From IMG/VR virus record IMGVR_UViG_3300031951_000099: a stretch of DNA of 20,000 bases. One strand, 5' to 3'. This stretch comes from an uncultured virus (IMG/VR IMGVR_UViG_3300031951_000099) (lineage: Duplodnaviria; Heunggongvirae; Uroviricota; Caudoviricetes). Positions 16,937 through 20,000 of the stretch are shown here, in pieces. Both the position numbers and the translations under genes were made by a program. Each line of letters starts with the position of its first letter. Position 1 is the first letter of the stretch. The notes under the pieces were generated by a model. That model searched no databases. It worked only from the letters and a program-made list of their open reading frames with translations, and had not been told where the DNA came from.

Positions 16937-19900
16937 ATGGCAACTACTGAAGAAGAACTAAAACGCCTAGAAAGAGAATTACGACAAACAAGTATGATGA
17001 CCAGTGCAGTTAGATCGGCACAGTCACGATTCATTTCTACTATGACACGACATTCTGATGCCGTGTCTAAAAGTATTATTACTACCTTGCAAGAAATAAA
17101 GGGATCGTCCGATAATACGAAATTAAGCAAAAAACGTCTGGAAGTATTACAAAAACAATTGGAAAAAACGCAGCAAGACCTAACTGCAACTACTGCTCGT
17201 ATAACCGCGTTGAGAAGTATTACCACAAGAACAACCGAACAAGAAAAAGAACTACAAAAATTAATCGCTGCCGAAGAAAGACAAAAAACCGCAGTAGACA
17301 ATCTTACGGACGAAATAAAAGCTAAAACTGAAGAACTAAAATACGTAAAATTTCAAACGTTAGCAACCACCGTTACTGCATTGGCAGGTGGTATGATGTC
17401 ACTTGCTGCATCAGTACGTGAAACACAACAACGATTTGGAATTGCAGCAGATCAAGCGGCAGGATTGCAGTTTAAGAATCTAAAACAAAGTATGTCCAGT
17501 TATGTGGACGCACTTACTGGTCGCGGACCTGCGGCTACTATGGAACAGATTGCTGCTACTCAAGAAGCGTTTCAACAACAGTTTGGTGGAGTATTAGATC
17601 CTGAAGCAGCAAAGCGGTTGACACAAGAAGCAATTAAGATGGGTGTTACTGCTGAACAAATGGCAGACGCTCGTCGTGTATTTATGACACAAACTGGCGG
17701 AGATCTAAATAAAGCCACTAAGCAAACTGACAAGTTTATAGGGGAATTCAAGAAAAAAGGATTAACTGCGAAGGACGCAATGCAGGCAATTCAACAAAAC
17801 TCTGAGTTGTTGGCACGGAATGGAACAAGATTTGCAGGATCATTTGCACGTGCTGCAGCAGATGCGGTAAAAATTGGAGTAAATCTCAGTAAAATTAGTC
17901 AAGTTGGCGATAACATCATCAGTGATTTCGAAGGATTCTTGGAAAGTCAAGCTGAATTGGGAGCCATGGGGTTTGGGTTTGATTCCAGCAGGTTAGCAGA
18001 AATTGCCGAAACGGGAAGTGATGCAGATCTGTTTAATGAATTACGTTCTCAATTGTCAGCAACAGGAAAAGATATTAATAAACTTCGGCGATCCGAACGG
18101 TTAGCGTTGGAAAGCGCATTTGGTATTAATATCAGCGAAATGCAGAAATTGGCAACCCCACCAGGAAAAGAAGGATCTGGTGAAAAAACGATGGAGCAAT
18201 ATCAAGAAAACACGAATAGTTTGTTGACAACTGCGGTGGGCGTACTTGAAGGAGTAGGAAAAGGTTTGGCAGTAATTGGAAGTGTTATATCAGGAATAAT
18301 TGCCGCTAGTACTGCAATAACTGCTGCTAATACAACTGCAATTGTAACAGCAATGGGAGCCACAATACCTGCTATATTGACCGGAATACTCTCTGCGCTT
18401 ACACCATTGGTTGGAATAGGCGTAGCGATTGCCTCTATTTGGGGAGCTATTCAACTTTGGAAACTTGGATCCAAAAATGTTGAAGAAGGAAAAGAAAAAA
18501 TACGAACGGGTCAAGAAGGCGGAACTGGTCAATTAATTAAAGGACGAGCACAACAAGGTGCTGGAATAGGTGCTGGTAGTGGTACTGTATTAGGTGGTCT
18601 TGTAGCAGGTGCATTATTGACTGGAACAGGAGTTGGTGCAGGGGTTGGTATACCATTAATGTTGGCTGCTATGGGAGCTGGTGCAGCCGCTGGTGGAGCT
18701 ACTGGTGGTGTAATAGGTGCGGGCACAGGAGCAGTACAAGCCGGTAATTTGAAACGAACTAAAGGTGATGACGTAGTTTCTAAACCCGGCTACGGTAAAC
18801 GAGCACTATTAACACCAAGTGGTATAATTGCCTTAAATAATAAAGATAACATTATTGCATATGCAGATGACTTTGATGGTACTAAAACACTTCCCAAGGG
18901 ATCAATAGTTAATCAAGCATCTGATAGTGCAAGGAGTGTAGCAAAAGATACAATTCAAGGTATAATCATTAAAAAAGTAAATGAAAAAGCTGTAGAAAAA
19001 TCTGTTAGTGCAACTGCTCGTATGATGGCCAACAGTATACCATTTGTCGGAGATTTTGTTGGCGGTGCAATGGTATTACGAGATGAATATAAACGACTTG
19101 GGGATTTTAAGAAAGCTGCTGGAATTGCGGCAGGATATATGGCGGCCTCTGCTACTGCGGGAGCTTCGGCCGCGGCCCTTACTGGTGGAGTTACGGTAGC
19201 AGGTATTGCAACGGCACCCGCCGCACCTTTTACTGCTGCAGCCGCAGATATGTTGGCAAGTCCAATTGCAGGAGAGGCATATCTTGCAGGAGTTCATAAA
19301 ACAATAAAACCGGCAGACGATTATATTTCCTACGCAGACGACTTGATGGGTGGTAGAAAATTGCCATTAGGAACCATATCTAAAATGTTTTCTGTATATA
19401 ACCAAGGCGGGTCAGGCGGTGTTAAATCCAACTTAATGTCCAACGGACTCGGACTTGCCAATAAAAATATACCTGGATTTTCCAAGTATATGCCTCAAGC
19501 CACTGATTTATATGGAACGTACAAACAAAGTGGTACTGCTGGATTAAAGGCAACTGCACTAGAAAAGGGACTTGGGTTTTTGGGAAATAGAATTCCGCAA
19601 TTATCGGGATCTATTGACGCATATAAACAAGGTGGCGTTACTGGAGCAAAATCTAGTTTGTTGAATACAGGATTGGGATTATTGGGTAAAAAATTCCCAT
19701 CTCTCTCCGGTTCAATAGATGTGTTTAAAGAAGGTGGTTTTGGGGGGTTGAAATCCAATTTAATGAATAAGGGTACAGAACTATTGGCCAAGAAGGTTCC
19801 TGGTTTATCTGGTGTAATGAGCGCATTTTCTGCCTATAAAAAAGGTGGGGTAGCGGGTGCATTAGGATCATTGGCGCAAGGTGGTATAGGAAAAGGTATT

Positions 19901-20000
19901 GGTGCCGCAATCGGAACGGCAATTCCGATTCCGTTCGTTGGTACTGCACTTGGATCATTGGTAGGGTCAAAACTCGGTAAGTTGGCGGGTGGGTTGTTTG
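16937..20000 (+). CDS. Tape-measure-like tail protein, 3' truncated (at least 1021 codons); absent from the supplied ORF track
   Basis: Manual translation from ATG 16937 (MATTEEELKRLERELRQ...) found no stop before the window end. It has a coiled-coil N-terminus, an Ala-rich helical core and several Gly/Ala hydrophobic segments. It follows the gp26/gp51-like genes. Confidence 0.85.
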   Translation, partial: MATTEEELKRLERELRQTSMMTSAVRSAQSRFISTMTRHSDAVSKSIITTLQEIKGSSDNTKLSKKRLEVLQKQLEKTQQDLTATTARITALRSITTRTTEQEKELQKLIAAEERQKTAVDNLTDEIKAKTEELKYVKFQTLATTVTALAGGMMSLAASVRETQQRFGIAADQAAGLQFKNLKQSMSSYVDALTGRGPAATMEQIAATQEAFQQQFGGVLDPEAAKRLTQEAIKMGVTAEQMADARRVFMTQTGGDLNKATKQTDKFIGEFKKKGLTAKDAMQAIQQNSELLARNGTRFAGSFARAAADAVKIGVNLSKISQVGDNIISDFEGFLESQAELGAMGFGFDSSRLAEIAETGSDADLFNELRSQLSATGKDINKLRRSERLALESAFGINISEMQKLATPPGKEGSGEKTMEQYQENTNSLLTTAVGVLEGVGKGLAVIGSVISGIIAASTAITAANTTAIVTAMGATIPAILTGILSALTPLVGIGVAIASIWGAIQLWKLGSKNVEEGKEKIRTGQEGGTGQLIKGRAQQGAGIGAGSGTVLGGLVAGALLTGTGVGAGVGIPLMLAAMGAGAAAGGATGGVIGAGTGAVQAGNLKRTKGDDVVSKPGYGKRALLTPSGIIALNNKDNIIAYADDFDGTKTLPKGSIVNQASDSARSVAKDTIQGIIIKKVNEKAVEKSVSATARMMANSIPFVGDFVGGAMVLRDEYKRLGDFKKAAGIAAGYMAASATAGASAAALTGGVTVAGIATAPAAPFTAAAADMLASPIAGEAYLAGVHKTIKPADDYISYADDLMGGRKLPLGTISKMFSVYNQGGSGGVKSNLMSNGLGLANKNIPGFSKYMPQATDLYGTYKQSGTAGLKATALEKGLGFLGNRIPQLSGSIDAYKQGGVTGAKSSLLNTGLGLLGKKFPSLSGSIDVFKEGGFGGLKSNLMNKGTELLAKKVPGLSGVMSAFSAYKKGGVAGALGSLAQGGIGKGIGAAIGTAIPIPFVGTALGSLVGSKLGKLAGGLF
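19397..19870 (+). repeat. Degenerate repeats of about 34 aa in the tape-measure-like protein
   Basis: YNQGGSGGVKSNLMSNGLGLANKNIPGFS / YKQSGTAGLKATALEKGLGFLGNRIPQLSGSIDA / YKQGGVTGAKSSLLNTGLGLLGKKFPSLSGSIDV / FKEGGFGGLKSNLMNKGTELLAKKVPGLSG / YKKGGVAGALGSL. Confidence 0.8.

Larger units (their letters stand above)
1..20000 (+). mobile_element. Segment of a large tailed bacteriophage genome (glycosylation cluster plus tail/baseplate module)
   Basis: Dense one-strand gene packing with ATGA overlaps (862, 1782, 3222, 16564) and a TAATG overlap (13710-13714). Several starts have SD-like motifs. A gp26-like gene and a tape-measure-like gene are present. There are no introns and no cellular housekeeping genes. 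Confidence 0.88.

Noticed and set aside
16515..19970. Minus-strand ORFs over the repeat protein and tape-measure region, and other short nested ORFs in the track
   Set aside because: They overlap longer, well-supported + strand genes and have no recognisable motifs.

Overview
This is a 20-kb segment of a large tailed bacteriophage, probably a T4-related myovirus from an uncultured lineage. All genes are on the + strand, tightly packed and often joined by ATGA or TAATG overlaps. Bases 1-9163 are a glycan biosynthesis cluster: a GT60 polypeptide GlcNAc-transferase (5' truncated), GDP-L-fucose synthase, a GT7C-like and a GT2-like transferase, a GT10 alpha-1,3-fucosyltransferase, an HtrL-domain/NodU-type carbamoyltransferase fusion and a methyltransferase/HtrL/GT-A triple fusion. 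Bases 9206-13712 are probable virion structural genes, including a 977-aa protein with two mucin-like Thr/Pro tracts. After these come a SMARCAL1-like SNF2 helicase, a T4 gp26-like baseplate hub/tail assembly gene with a probable +1 frameshift extension, a 19-aa-repeat protein, and a tape-measure-like ORF of more than 1021 aa. That last ORF runs off the window and is missing from the ORF track. The main hypothesis is a phage-encoded mucin-type O-glycosylation system, with initiating, extending, fucosylating and capping enzymes located next to a candidate mucin-like virion substrate. Family calls come from recognising motifs by eye; no database search was run.
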